From an uncultured Candidatus Saccharibacteria bacterium (GTDB lineage Bacteria; Patescibacteriota; Andersenbacteria; UBA10190): 64,000 nt of DNA. The position numbers and the translations under genes are program-made. The stretch covers positions 86,901-150,900 of the forward strand of contig CAYJKV010000003.1 in NCBI GenBank assembly GCA_964371255.1. Reading direction: 5' to 3'. Shown here in pieces: positions 32,087 through 41,921 of the stretch; within the stretch, counting starts at the first letter, position 1; every line of letters starts with the position of its first letter. The notes under the pieces are model-generated. The model worked only from the letters and a program-made list of their open reading frames with translations. It was not told the DNA's origin and did not search any database.

Positions 32087-32239
32087 CTGCTTCATTACAC
32101 CATCTCAGCTCCGCTTGCGGGGCTTTTTTCTTCCGGTGCAACACGCGCCTATCGAAACTTGTCGGAAAGAACGAGGCCCTGTCACGTGTTCTTATGTGCT
32201 TGACTAAAAAAAAGGGCCTATTTTCATAAGCCATTAAAG

Positions 32240-32761
32240 TTAAGCGAGAACGGGAGTTACAATACTGTAGTGCAGCTCAAGAGAAGTCTCAAAAACTCCT
32301 CCTAATTTTCCTGACACCACGATGCTCTCGTCGCTTTGTGGTATAACGTCCCAGTGCACTAACGGCGGCTGTTCTGGGGATACACAAATCGGTGCATCAA
32401 TCTTAATCGGTTGATTGCTGCCATCACTTAAGCTCAACCGTAGATACAACAGCACCTCACTGTAATCAACGACGATCTCGCGTGTTTCTGTATCCTGGCC
32501 AAAATCTTCCTCGGTCCCAAGACAACGCGTCATCATTACGTTCAGCTGCCATTCCGGTTGGCCTGGTATGCGCACGCGGCATGGACATTGAATATTCTTC
32601 TTCCAATCATCCACCGTCACAATAATATCCAACCGCATATTGCCATCATGGCTTAGGTGGAAAGCGTCAATCGATATCATCCCGCCTACGTCTTTTTGTA
32701 ACATATCCTCCTCCTTATCTAAATCCATGAAAAGAACAGACCACATTAACTTATACTCCAA
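32240..32761 (-). CDS. hypothetical acidic protein
   Basis: 173-aa ORF, start uncertain. Confidence 0.5.
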   Translation of the reverse strand: MEYKLMWSVLFMDLDKEEDMLQKDVGGMISIDAFHLSHDGNMRLDIIVTVDDWKKNIQCPCRVRIPGQPEWQLNVMMTRCLGTEEDFGQDTETREIVVDYSEVLLYLRLSLSDGSNQPIKIDAPICVSPEQPPLVHWDVIPQSDESIVVSGKLGGVFETSLELHYSIVTPVLA

Positions 32762-33019
32762 AGGGCATCAATTGCCAACATCCTCACCTGGTTTTGATTA
32801 TTCTCTCAAGTAAGCTGTTAGAGCACTTTTACTTGTGACGGCCGTTGTCTGCCCATCCACCAAATAGCCTTGCAACAGTACGCTAAATCAGTGATTCCGT
32901 CACGTTTACCGGAGCATAAAGCATAATATGAAGCCAGACTTGCCTTGCTATTGACAATATTTAATATAAGCAGTATTATAACAAAGAGTACTTTCCCAAC
33001 CCATCGTAAGGAGGCGAAC

Positions 33020-33556
33020 ATGTTAAAAGACGTAGCAGCCAAGCCAATAGTGCAATTAGTAGAGGAAGCGCAAAGTGGCAGTAAAACGGCCTTTGGTGAT
33101 CTTTATCTCACCCACGTTTTACTGGTACGCACAGTTCTTGCCCGTTGGTTATCCCGCTCAAATGACGTAGAAGACTTAACACACGATGTGTTTTTGCAGG
33201 CATTTTTGAAAATTAGCACGCTGCGCAACAGTAATGCTTTTAAGGGGTGGCTGCTTACTATCGCTCACAACCGAGCTATAAACTATTGCCGGCGACAGAA
33301 AACACAGATCAACCCGGCCGACATTAACCAATTGGTAGTGGATGGCCGACCTGAGCATCCCGATGTGTCGGACACTTATGACCAGGTTAACCATGCGATG
33401 CGCCAGCTAAAATCTTCTGACGCAAACAGCCTAGTCGACTTCTACTGGCGCCATCTCTCAATCAATGACATTGCTGCTAAAGAGAACGTTCCAAGCGGGA
33501 CCGTGAAGCGTCGTTTGCACATCGCCCGCCAGAGAATTGCCGCGCACCTTCAATAA
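33020..33556 (+). CDS. ECF sigma factor
   Basis: VEDLTHDVFL, FKGWLLTIAHN, GTVKRRLHIAR; AAGGAGG SD. Confidence 0.9.
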   Translation: MLKDVAAKPIVQLVEEAQSGSKTAFGDLYLTHVLLVRTVLARWLSRSNDVEDLTHDVFLQAFLKISTLRNSNAFKGWLLTIAHNRAINYCRRQKTQINPADINQLVVDGRPEHPDVSDTYDQVNHAMRQLKSSDANSLVDFYWRHLSINDIAAKENVPSGTVKRRLHIARQRIAAHLQ

Positions 33557-33648
33557 CCCTTCGCTTATTTTCCCAGCATGAGTCATCCGACCCATGCTTT
33601 TTTCTTTTTCCGTTTGCACAACATCAGGGGTTTATCCATAGTGAACAT

Positions 33649-34713
33649 ATGGCATCGGATTTTCTATCTAATCTACAAACCAAGGTGGAGCTGGCCCCAT
33701 ATACCACTATCAATCTTGGAGGGACGGCCAAATATTTTATAAATTGCACCTCTCTTGAGCTGCTCAAATTCGCCCTTACTTATGCTCGCGACCATCATTT
33801 GACGACGCATATTCTTGGCGGCGGTAGCAACACCATTTTCCCCACCTCTGGTTTTGGCGGTCTGATTATAAGAATTGCCATGCGCGGCTGTAAGTTCTCT
33901 GCGGCTGAGCAATTTACTACCGTTACCGCGGCCGCGGGGGAGCCATGGGACGACTTAGTGTCCTCTGCGGTGGCTCGCGGTTTAGGTGGTATAGAGAATA
34001 TGTCCGGTATTCCGGGCACAGTCGGAGCCGCACCCGTGCAAAATGTTGGCGCTTATGGCCAGGAAGTGTCGCAAGTAATCACGTCCGTAACTGCTCTCGA
34101 CCGCTCAACGCTTAAGGAGAAAATTTTCAATAAAGAGCAATGCCAGTTCGGCTACCGTACCAGTCGCTTTAAGGCAATGAAACCGCATCGCTATGTCATC
34201 ACCGGAGTGACATTTCGGCTAATCAACGAGGGTCAACCCGCCATCGCCTATCCTGACGTTGTGGCAGAAATTGGGGGAGCGTCTAAGCTTTCTCAATATG
34301 GCCGCGGTCAAGAGGCTTTAACGTTTATGCGCCAGTCAGTTCTAAATGTGCGTCGCCGTAAGTCCATGGTGATTAATCCCCAAGACCCCCATTCTCGTTC
34401 TTGCGGTTCATTTTTCGTGAATCCAATTCTCACAGCGGACGAACATCACCAACTTACAAACATAACTAGTCAAACAGTCCCGTTCAGGCAAGTGGGGGAG
34501 TCGCTTTCTATTTCCGCTGCATGGTTAGTAGAGCAGGCGGGCTTTCCTAAAGGGTATCGGCAAAACGGGGTTGGTATCTCCGATCATCATAATCTGGCTT
34601 TAGTGAACTATGGCGGCACTACTGACAACTTACTCGCGCTTGCTCAGGCTATCCAAAACCGCGTGGCAGAAAAATTTGGCCTTAAGTTGGCCATTGAGCC
34701 GGTCATAGTTTAA
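33649..34713 (+). CDS. murB: UDP-N-acetylenolpyruvoylglucosamine reductase
   Basis: LGGGSN, GIPGTVGAAPVQNVGAYG, SCGSFFVNP. Confidence 0.95.
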   Translation: MASDFLSNLQTKVELAPYTTINLGGTAKYFINCTSLELLKFALTYARDHHLTTHILGGGSNTIFPTSGFGGLIIRIAMRGCKFSAAEQFTTVTAAAGEPWDDLVSSAVARGLGGIENMSGIPGTVGAAPVQNVGAYGQEVSQVITSVTALDRSTLKEKIFNKEQCQFGYRTSRFKAMKPHRYVITGVTFRLINEGQPAIAYPDVVAEIGGASKLSQYGRGQEALTFMRQSVLNVRRRKSMVINPQDPHSRSCGSFFVNPILTADEHHQLTNITSQTVPFRQVGESLSISAAWLVEQAGFPKGYRQNGVGISDHHNLALVNYGGTTDNLLALAQAIQNRVAEKFGLKLAIEPVIV

Positions 34714-34721
34714 TCCGTCCT

Positions 34722-35318
34722 ATGCGTTTCAACCATCGTGACATTGAATTCCTTTATGAAGTGGGGTCTTTGCGTTTCCTGCCGCGTACGTGGCAGCAGC
34801 AAATTGGTCTGCGCGTGGCCAATGACACCGAGCACACCATGCGGGTAATTTGGCTGTCATTAATACTGGCTCGGCATGCCGGTTATAAGGACGAAGAAAA
34901 AATCATTAAGATGGCGCTAGTCCATGATATTGCTGAAACCAGGACCGGTGATTTTAACTATCTGCAAAAAGTGTATGTTAACGCCGACGAGGAGACAGCG
35001 GCCGAGCATCTCTTCGCCTCAACCAGCCTGGACGACTTTAGAACAAAAATATTATCTGAATATATCAAGCGCCGATCGCTGGCAGCCAGAATTGTCAAGG
35101 ACGCGGATAACTTGGACGTTGATTTGGAACTGCGCGAACTCGCTAATCAAGGGTCACTCATGCCGGCCAAATGGCAAAAAACCAGGCGGCTGGTACGCGA
35201 TCAGAAACTCTACACCAAGTCAGCCAAACTGCTTTGGGATGAGCTGGATCGAGTGGATGTGGCCGACTGGCATCTGACCGCTAACAAATGGTACACCATG
35301 CCCCAAGCTGGGAAATAG
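34722..35318 (+). CDS. HD-domain phosphohydrolase
   Basis: EHTMRV, ALVHDIAE.RTGD, KDADNLD. Confidence 0.85.
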   Translation: MRFNHRDIEFLYEVGSLRFLPRTWQQQIGLRVANDTEHTMRVIWLSLILARHAGYKDEEKIIKMALVHDIAETRTGDFNYLQKVYVNADEETAAEHLFASTSLDDFRTKILSEYIKRRSLAARIVKDADNLDVDLELRELANQGSLMPAKWQKTRRLVRDQKLYTKSAKLLWDELDRVDVADWHLTANKWYTMPQAGK

Positions 35319-35371
35319 ACTAATAATTATTCAGTTATTATTCAAAAGCGCGGGCCAAATAGCCGGCAAGA

Positions 35372-36079
35372 TTAGCTGGGTTGCGGCGTGAGTTTGGTAA
35401 TATTCGCCAGCTCTCCTGTCACTAAAATTCGTTGCTTGGTTGACCATAAAGGCCAACAGGCCATCAGCGTCACGGTCGGTACCGCATTCTCTGATTCTAT
35501 CAAAACAGTGCTGTCCGGTGTGATGATCCTGGAATTAATAATTCGATAGGTATATCTGGTATTGTTGTAGTCGAGATGGATCAAGTTATTATCAGTTAAT
35601 TCATTGACCCGGGAAAACGCGAAGCGGTACTTACCCTTCCATGGTTCACCAGTGCTGTGTGCTGCTACAAAAGTGTTACCTGGTCGGCCAGGCAAAATGC
35701 CATTAGGATAAAGGGCCGCGCCTTCGGCCAAAGTGCTTAAAATTTCCTGATCATTTAATGTCTGGCTCATGACTAATGGGACAGACACGCCAATCGATGG
35801 AATACGTATCCAGTCACCCTGCTCAAAATTTTCTATTGGTATCAGCTCGGGAAACATTTGCTTTAGTGGCGTTTTATCCACCAGGGCTACTTCTACCCGT
35901 TCTTCCACCCAAGGTAAAGGAGGGTAGTAAACCCCCGGTTCGTTCATACTATTCACAATTACCGGCCAAGCCATGTACCACACCGATACACATCCAAACA
36001 TCAACGCTGCTCCGGATATCAATACTAACGCCAGTCCTCCTACTCGGCGTAAGTCCTTGCTAGTAAATCTATTTTGCAT
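35372..36079 (-). CDS. sortase
   Basis: N-terminal TM, AAHS, TLMACWP, catalytic Arg downstream. Confidence 0.85.
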   Translation of the reverse strand: MQNRFTSKDLRRVGGLALVLISGAALMFGCVSVWYMAWPVIVNSMNEPGVYYPPLPWVEERVEVALVDKTPLKQMFPELIPIENFEQGDWIRIPSIGVSVPLVMSQTLNDQEILSTLAEGAALYPNGILPGRPGNTFVAAHSTGEPWKGKYRFAFSRVNELTDNNLIHLDYNNTRYTYRIINSRIITPDSTVLIESENAVPTVTLMACWPLWSTKQRILVTGELANITKLTPQPS

Positions 36080-36137
36080 AAGGCATTATTATACATCAAC
36101 TATCAAATATGTCAAATATATCCATTCTAATATACAC

Positions 36138-36164
36138 AAAAATCCGCTCATTAGACGGATTTTT
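36138..36164. terminator. bidirectional terminator
   Basis: AAAAATCCG...CGGATTTTT. Confidence 0.65.
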
Positions 36165-36192
36165 GTTGTTTTTACAAAATCAGATCTAAACC

Positions 36193-36372
36193 TTAGACAT
36201 CCTGTGGCTTCACAGTCGCGCGCTTATTTTTCTGCGCTCTGCTGGCTGCGGCATCTAATAGACCTTTCACTTGATCGTTTAAAGCCCCGATTAATTCACC
36301 AGACATTTTCACGTTTTTGCCCTTGAGATACCCTCTGACTTTGCTGGCTACTACTAAAACTTCACCTTCCAT
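36193..36372 (-). CDS. bacterial histone-fold protein (Bd0055-like)
   Basis: MEGEVLVVASKVRGYLK...AASRAQKNKRATVKPQDV; GGAGGTG SD. Confidence 0.85.
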   Translation of the reverse strand: MEGEVLVVASKVRGYLKGKNVKMSGELIGALNDQVKGLLDAAASRAQKNKRATVKPQDV

Positions 36373-36529
36373 ATAAAACACCTCCTTTGAAATAACTTTG
36401 TCGATCTTCCTGCATCGCACAGATTGTACCACTGATATATGAAAACTCTCAAATTAGGCTATCCACAAGCCTGGACAACCCATCGTTATTATTTCGTCGC
36501 TTCCACTCGCGTCATCGCAGCGACATCTT

Positions 36530-37990
36530 TCAAACGAGCAACAATATCACTGCCAGCAAGATTACCAAAGAAGCATGAGTTATCATTTTTGGATGCTGGA
36601 TACGAATTTTTATCATCACCGCTAATAACAGTAAAACGACAATAACCATCGCGATGGCAATAATTAGTCGCCTGGCCATAGTATTGATGCGAGCTGGCCC
36701 GGCAGCTTGTCCATCAACGCTACGGTCAGTGAAAATTGAAGGCTGCAAATCGACCATCCCCGCCACGCTGGTATTGCCAGACTCATCTAAAACTTTTACC
36801 TCGACCGTACCTGTCGGTAGCGGAAACACTAATGATTCCGGCCCCGGCATACTCGTTTCTGCCACAACCTGATGATCTGCTTCCACTTGCAGTTTTACGT
36901 ACGCTCCGGATGGTAAATTCAGCCTGGCTTCCGGCGTGTCTGTCTTCGGTGAAATGATAAACATTATTCCTGCATCATCAATCTGCGGGCCGGTTGTGTC
37001 CTTATCCAATTCTTGAGGCAAGGTGATGACGCTTCGTTGTCCTGCATCATTTTCCGCCCATGCGGTTAATTGCAATTTACCATCCTCAAATTCACGTAAA
37101 TCAATTTCTTGCTGCGCGAAGCCCAAATCACTGATATTCAATGAGGTCACTGCCACGTTATTTATCACTATGTGAACCTTCGACCCAGCCTCCGCTGTTG
37201 CTTGGATCCTTAGGCTGTTTTGCACCGTTGGTTTCTCGGCTAACAAAGTAACAACCGGTTCCGTGGGCACAGTCGCCGGCGCCGGCTCAGCTATTGGCGC
37301 TAAGGTCGGTTCGGCCGGGACGGGGGAGGCAACAGGCGCAACTGCTTCTTCTGCTACCTGTGAACGAGCAGATAATGCTGATGCTGCTGATAATTGAGAC
37401 GGCCTGACAGCCCCGATGGGCAAACCAAACATATGCACAACCACCGTCGACGTTCCGCCTTGATATTCTCCCGTTAACACGGCGATGCCAGTTTCGACGT
37501 AATCCGGCTGTAAAATATTGTCCCGATGCGAAGGGCTGGCCATCCAGGCATCAACCACATCTTCCGCTTGTATAAAATCAATCGCCAAATTCTCTCCGGC
37601 GACTGTGTAAACATAAGTATTTCGCTGCATCCAGAACCAGGGTGTTACGCCGGTCGGAGATATATGTGCAAAATAATCGTTATTAATCATATCCTGCGCT
37701 TTCTCCGTCGCCGCCTTAGTTAGTTTGTCATTCAGAGTGAGTGCTCCTAAACCATTATTCACCCTTTCTGCGTTAGTCAGCTGTAATATTCGGGCATTAG
37801 TAATCGTGGACAACTCCGCCGTGGAGGGGAGCAGTAATACCAACGCCAAAGCTAACAGTTTAGCCGTCAAAATTAATCCTGATACGGCCAACAAAGACCG
37901 CCGGCGCAGCGCCAACGGCCGATAATTATTTTCTGGCCGCGGAATAATACATACTTGCGCGCCATGTAAAGCTTGTGCGGTGACTCCCAT
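36530..37990 (-). CDS. CAP/SCP-domain membrane protein with Ig-like region
   Basis: YFAHISP, AGENLA, WMASPSHRDNIL; C-terminal TMs. Confidence 0.85.
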   Translation of the reverse strand: MGVTAQALHGAQVCIIPRPENNYRPLALRRRSLLAVSGLILTAKLLALALVLLLPSTAELSTITNARILQLTNAERVNNGLGALTLNDKLTKAATEKAQDMINNDYFAHISPTGVTPWFWMQRNTYVYTVAGENLAIDFIQAEDVVDAWMASPSHRDNILQPDYVETGIAVLTGEYQGGTSTVVVHMFGLPIGAVRPSQLSAASALSARSQVAEEAVAPVASPVPAEPTLAPIAEPAPATVPTEPVVTLLAEKPTVQNSLRIQATAEAGSKVHIVINNVAVTSLNISDLGFAQQEIDLREFEDGKLQLTAWAENDAGQRSVITLPQELDKDTTGPQIDDAGIMFIISPKTDTPEARLNLPSGAYVKLQVEADHQVVAETSMPGPESLVFPLPTGTVEVKVLDESGNTSVAGMVDLQPSIFTDRSVDGQAAGPARINTMARRLIIAIAMVIVVLLLLAVMIKIRIQHPKMITHASLVILLAVILLLV

Positions 37991-38072
37991 GATTAAATTA
38001 TGAAGCAAGAACATGGAATTAAGAAATGAAATATTTCTTGATTAATGGCTCTTTATTAGATATTCTCGTTTC

Positions 38073-39137
38073 ATGAACGTTGTACTTATGGCCGGCGGGG
38101 GAGGGACACGCCTATGGCCTCTTTCACGGCTGGCCAAACCCAAGCAATTCATCGATCTGGGTGATGGACACTCGCTGATGCAATCTGCCTATCAGCGCGC
38201 TCTTAAGTTAGCCGCCACTGATAACATTTATGTGGCTACCTCGATTAATTATCAGTCCTTCATTAAAGAGCAGTTGCCATCAGTCTTGCCAGATCACGTT
38301 TTTTACGAACCGGAGAAAAGAGACACGACTGCCGCTTTTGCCACCGTCGCCATTCGATTAATGGAATTAGGCCAAGGCAACGTCGCGACGGTTTTTATGT
38401 GGGCAGATCATGTATTTACCAATGAAGATCAATTCATCTCAGACCTATTACAAATTCCGAATCTACTGCGGGAGTTTCCGGACCATATTGTCATTGTTGG
38501 CCATAATCCCATCTCCCCGGAAACAACCTTAGGCTATATCGAAGCCGGCTCCGCCCTGCCAAATCATCCTAGCGTTTTCGTCGTTAAGCGTTTTAAGGAA
38601 AAACCTATCTTGTCGGTGGCTAAGCAATATCTAGCCGCGGGCAACTTTTTCTGGAACCTCGGTTATTTTTCCCTGCGGCCGGAATATTTTTTAGAGGAAT
38701 TAGTCGTGCACAATCCTGACTTGGCGGCCGTTATCGATAGCTACCAGACCGCCCTCAGTGGTTCACCTGAAGCCGTTGCCGCAGCTTATCAATTGTTTCC
38801 CAAGAAATCTATTGAGTACACACTCATGGAAAAAACCCCTCGTTTACTGGCTCTGACGGGGGATTATGGTTGGACTGATATTGGTTATTGGAGCACTGTC
38901 CAGGATGTGTTTGGCCAGGGCGGCGACCATGCGCCGCACGGCTACCATCTCCATATTAATTCAGCGGGTAACTATATCTACAATACGACCAAACAAACAG
39001 TCACCTTGTTGGGTGTAAAAGATACGATCGTGGTGGTGACCGAGGATGCTATCCTGGTAACCAGTAAAAAAGAATCCGGCAACGTTAAAGAAATTATCAG
39101 CCGGTTGGAACAGGACCAGCACACCGACGTACTCTAG
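38073..39137 (+). CDS. mannose-1-phosphate guanylyltransferase
   Basis: MAGGGGTRLWPLSR..PKQF, EPEKRDT, FKEKP, GWTDIG. Confidence 0.9.
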   Translation: MNVVLMAGGGGTRLWPLSRLAKPKQFIDLGDGHSLMQSAYQRALKLAATDNIYVATSINYQSFIKEQLPSVLPDHVFYEPEKRDTTAAFATVAIRLMELGQGNVATVFMWADHVFTNEDQFISDLLQIPNLLREFPDHIVIVGHNPISPETTLGYIEAGSALPNHPSVFVVKRFKEKPILSVAKQYLAAGNFFWNLGYFSLRPEYFLEELVVHNPDLAAVIDSYQTALSGSPEAVAAAYQLFPKKSIEYTLMEKTPRLLALTGDYGWTDIGYWSTVQDVFGQGGDHAPHGYHLHINSAGNYIYNTTKQTVTLLGVKDTIVVVTEDAILVTSKKESGNVKEIISRLEQDQHTDVL

Positions 39138-39140
39138 GCA

Positions 39141-40160
39141 ATGATCAGGCTTGCAATCACAAATTCTAGGCGAGTTGCCTTTCTACTGATTATTTGTGTG
39201 CTGATTTTGGCCATCGGTATTTATCTGCTCCTATGGGGTCAACCGGTGATCAAACGGGCTGGTGAGCTAGTCATCGCCGAAGGCAGCTCAGCGCAATCCG
39301 TCTGGCGCAACCTAACCGATCAAGGGTATGTTGATCGCACTCTGCCATTGCAATATTACAGTTGGCGCCTGTCGGCAAATAATAATATTAAATCAGGCAC
39401 CTATACTTTGTCGCCCGGTGAACACCTACGCGATCTCATCCAGCGGCTGGTCGCCGGCGACACCAACCAATCAGTCTTAACGATCACTTTTCCTGAAGGC
39501 TTTACGCTTAATCAGATTGCTGAGCGGGTCGCCGCCCAGGGCATTGGCAACGCCGCGGCTTTCAAAAATGAAGCTCAACCGGCGAATTTTGTTAATCACT
39601 TTTCTTGGTCCGGCCAAATACCGCCGCAGCGCGACTTAGAGGGTTATCTTTTTCCAGACACATACCAATTCTATATCGACGATACTCCAACTGACGTCAT
39701 CCAACGCTTGCTAACCAACTTCGACGCCAAAGTAAACGACGAGTTACGCGCGGCTGCCGCCCGGCAGAATCACTCCCTGGATGAAATTGTTATCATGGCC
39801 AGTATTATCGAACGCGAAGTAATTAGCGATGCAGATATGGCACTTGTATCCGGTGTTTTATGGAAGCGCCTGAACGACGGCATCGGTCTGGATGTTGACG
39901 CCACGGTTCGCTACGCCTTGCAGAAGTGGGATGCCCCGCTGACCTATCAGGACTTGCAGACTGAGTCACCCTATAACACGCGCAAATGGCGCGGCCTGCC
40001 TCCCGGCCCCATTAGTAATCCCGGCTTGCGTGCCATCCAAGCCGCTGTTCAGCCCCAGGAGTCAGACTATTACTACTACCTATCAGCGCCGTCCGGCAAA
40101 ACAGTTTTTTCCCGCACGCTGGAGGAGCACAATATAAATAAAGCTAAGTATCTGAACTAG
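39141..40160 (+). CDS. mltG: endolytic transglycosylase MltG
   Basis: EGYLFPDTY, ASIIERE, SPYNT..GLPPGPISNPG. Confidence 0.93.
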   Translation: MIRLAITNSRRVAFLLIICVLILAIGIYLLLWGQPVIKRAGELVIAEGSSAQSVWRNLTDQGYVDRTLPLQYYSWRLSANNNIKSGTYTLSPGEHLRDLIQRLVAGDTNQSVLTITFPEGFTLNQIAERVAAQGIGNAAAFKNEAQPANFVNHFSWSGQIPPQRDLEGYLFPDTYQFYIDDTPTDVIQRLLTNFDAKVNDELRAAAARQNHSLDEIVIMASIIEREVISDADMALVSGVLWKRLNDGIGLDVDATVRYALQKWDAPLTYQDLQTESPYNTRKWRGLPPGPISNPGLRAIQAAVQPQESDYYYYLSAPSGKTVFSRTLEEHNINKAKYLN

Positions 40161-40276
40161 GTTACGGATGTATGGCTGTGCCTGTTGGCCACCACCTGCG
40201 GCCAAAAATTAAACATTGTTTCGCTGAAAGTCAAGTTGTATGTTTTCTCATGCCGTGTTACAAAATTACTTGTCAT

Positions 40277-40346
40277 CCGAAGACCTAGGGCCCAAACCAT
40301 AAGTCCTTAGCAGAATGGCAAAAACCTCAGCTATTTTTGTCTTCGG
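40277..40346 (+). promoter_or_regulatory. L10 leader (rplJ autoregulatory RNA)
   Basis: CCGAAGAC...GTCTTCGG closing stem directly upstream of rplJ. Confidence 0.6.
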
Positions 40347-40402
40347 GTACCAGCCCGTTTTTTATTTGCCAATTGCAGTTTAATTATTGATCAATCAATT
40401 CT

Positions 40403-40930
40403 ATGGCTCTAACTAGACAAGCAAAAGAGGATATTATCGCCCAGACGCAGGATAAATTAAGCAGCGCCATATCCTTTGTTTTAATCACCTTTGACCAGCT
40501 CACTGTGGTCGAAGTCAATAGTCTTCGCGATCAGCTGCACACCGCCGGTGGACGCATGCGTATTGTGCCTAAACGTTTGTTAAAAATTATTTTTCAGCAA
40601 ATTAAACTTGATTTTGATCCATTAACCTTACCCGGACAAGTCGCTGTGGCGTGGGCGGACGATGCTGTTGCCCCGGCTAAGATATTAAACGACTTCGCAA
40701 AAAAGAACAAAGACAAAATACAGCTGATGACTGGCTCGCTCGATGGTAACTTATTAACCATTGAGCAAGTCAAAGCTTTAGCCACCCTCCCCTCCCGCGA
40801 ACAACTGCTGGGTCAGCTATGCAGTGTCTTGGCCGGACCGGCTCGGGGGCTAGTCACAGTTTTATCAGGGGCGCAACGCAATCTAGTCCAAGTTTTGCAG
40901 GCCTTGGCAGATAAAAAGGCTGCGCAGTAA
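40403..40930 (+). CDS. rplJ: 50S ribosomal protein L10
   Basis: LATLPSREQLL; precedes rplL. Confidence 0.93.
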   Translation: MALTRQAKEDIIAQTQDKLSSAISFVLITFDQLTVVEVNSLRDQLHTAGGRMRIVPKRLLKIIFQQIKLDFDPLTLPGQVAVAWADDAVAPAKILNDFAKKNKDKIQLMTGSLDGNLLTIEQVKALATLPSREQLLGQLCSVLAGPARGLVTVLSGAQRNLVQVLQALADKKAAQ

Positions 40931-40979
40931 GAATTGTCATTAAAACTATTTATAAATTTATTAATTAATATCTAAAATC

Positions 40980-41438
40980 ATGACTAAAGAAAAAGACAGT
41001 GTTAAAGAAGCTGATGATACCACGCCAGTGGAGGGTACCGACCAAACCGTTACCGTGCCCAAGAAATTCGCGAAGCTCGTCGATGAAGTTGCCGGCATGT
41101 CGGTGCTGGAACTTTCTGAGCTGGTAAAAGTTTTGGAAAAGAAATTTGGCGTCTCCGCCGCCGCCCCTGTCGCAGTGATGGCGGGCAATGGGGGAGACAG
41201 TGCTGGCCAGGAAGAAGCCGTGGCTAAAACCTCATTCAATGTTGTTATCACTAACGCTGGCGCGCAAAAAATTGCCGTCATTAAGGCTGTTCGTGCTATC
41301 ACCGAGATTGGCTTAAAAGACGCCAAGGATTTGGTCGATAAAACCCCGGCCACTATTAAAGAAAATGTACCAACCGCCGACGCCGAGGAAATGAAAAAGA
41401 AATTAGAAGAAGCCGGCGCGACTGTCGAACTGCAATAA
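40980..41438 (+). CDS. rplL: 50S ribosomal protein L7/L12
   Basis: [30 protein letters not shown]. Confidence 0.96.
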   Translation: MTKEKDSVKEADDTTPVEGTDQTVTVPKKFAKLVDEVAGMSVLELSELVKVLEKKFGVSAAAPVAVMAGNGGDSAGQEEAVAKTSFNVVITNAGAQKIAVIKAVRAITEIGLKDAKDLVDKTPATIKENVPTADAEEMKKKLEEAGATVELQ

Positions 41439-41455
41439 CATTTTTCTGCTTGAGG

Positions 41456-41486
41456 AAACGGCCTCGGTAGCAAACCGCGGCCGTTT
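41456..41486 (+). terminator. intrinsic terminator after rplL
   Basis: AAACGGCC...GGCCGTTTT. Confidence 0.6.
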
Positions 41487-41543
41487 TGTTATAGTCGATA
41501 GCATTACCCGGCCAAAAAAGCTTCATGCTACAATATATCTGTC

Positions 41544-41915
41544 ATGCTAATTGATTATTTAAATTGGCAATTTGTCGTGGGACCTAAGTGGCTGATGCTT
41601 CTGCTCTGGAACCTGGAACGTGCCAGCCTGCGTTTCTTTTCTATTAAGCTGATGTTCCGCACTTTGCTGGCCTACTGGCACAAAGACGCCATGGTTTTCT
41701 CCGGCGGTACGCTTAGTAAATACGCTACTATTCTGTTGTGGAATTTAATTTCCCGGCTCATTGGCTTTATTGTCCGGTCCGTTATTATTATTCTTTGGCT
41801 GCTGGTTCAGACTGTCTTTCTGCCCTTAGCCGGCACAATTCTGGTGCTGTTTGTCCTGTGGCCCATATTGCTGATCCTTGGCCTGGCGATTGGTTTGTCT
41901 TTATTCTTGGTTTGA
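41544..41915 (+). CDS. small membrane protein coupled to the Clp-like ATPase
   Basis: Hydrophobic; FFSI..MFRTL and ISRLIG motifs; 6 nt before the next gene. Confidence 0.7.
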   Translation: MLIDYLNWQFVVGPKWLMLLLWNLERASLRFFSIKLMFRTLLAYWHKDAMVFSGGTLSKYATILLWNLISRLIGFIVRSVIIILWLLVQTVFLPLAGTILVLFVLWPILLILGLAIGLSLFLV

Positions 41916-41921
41916 ACCCGT

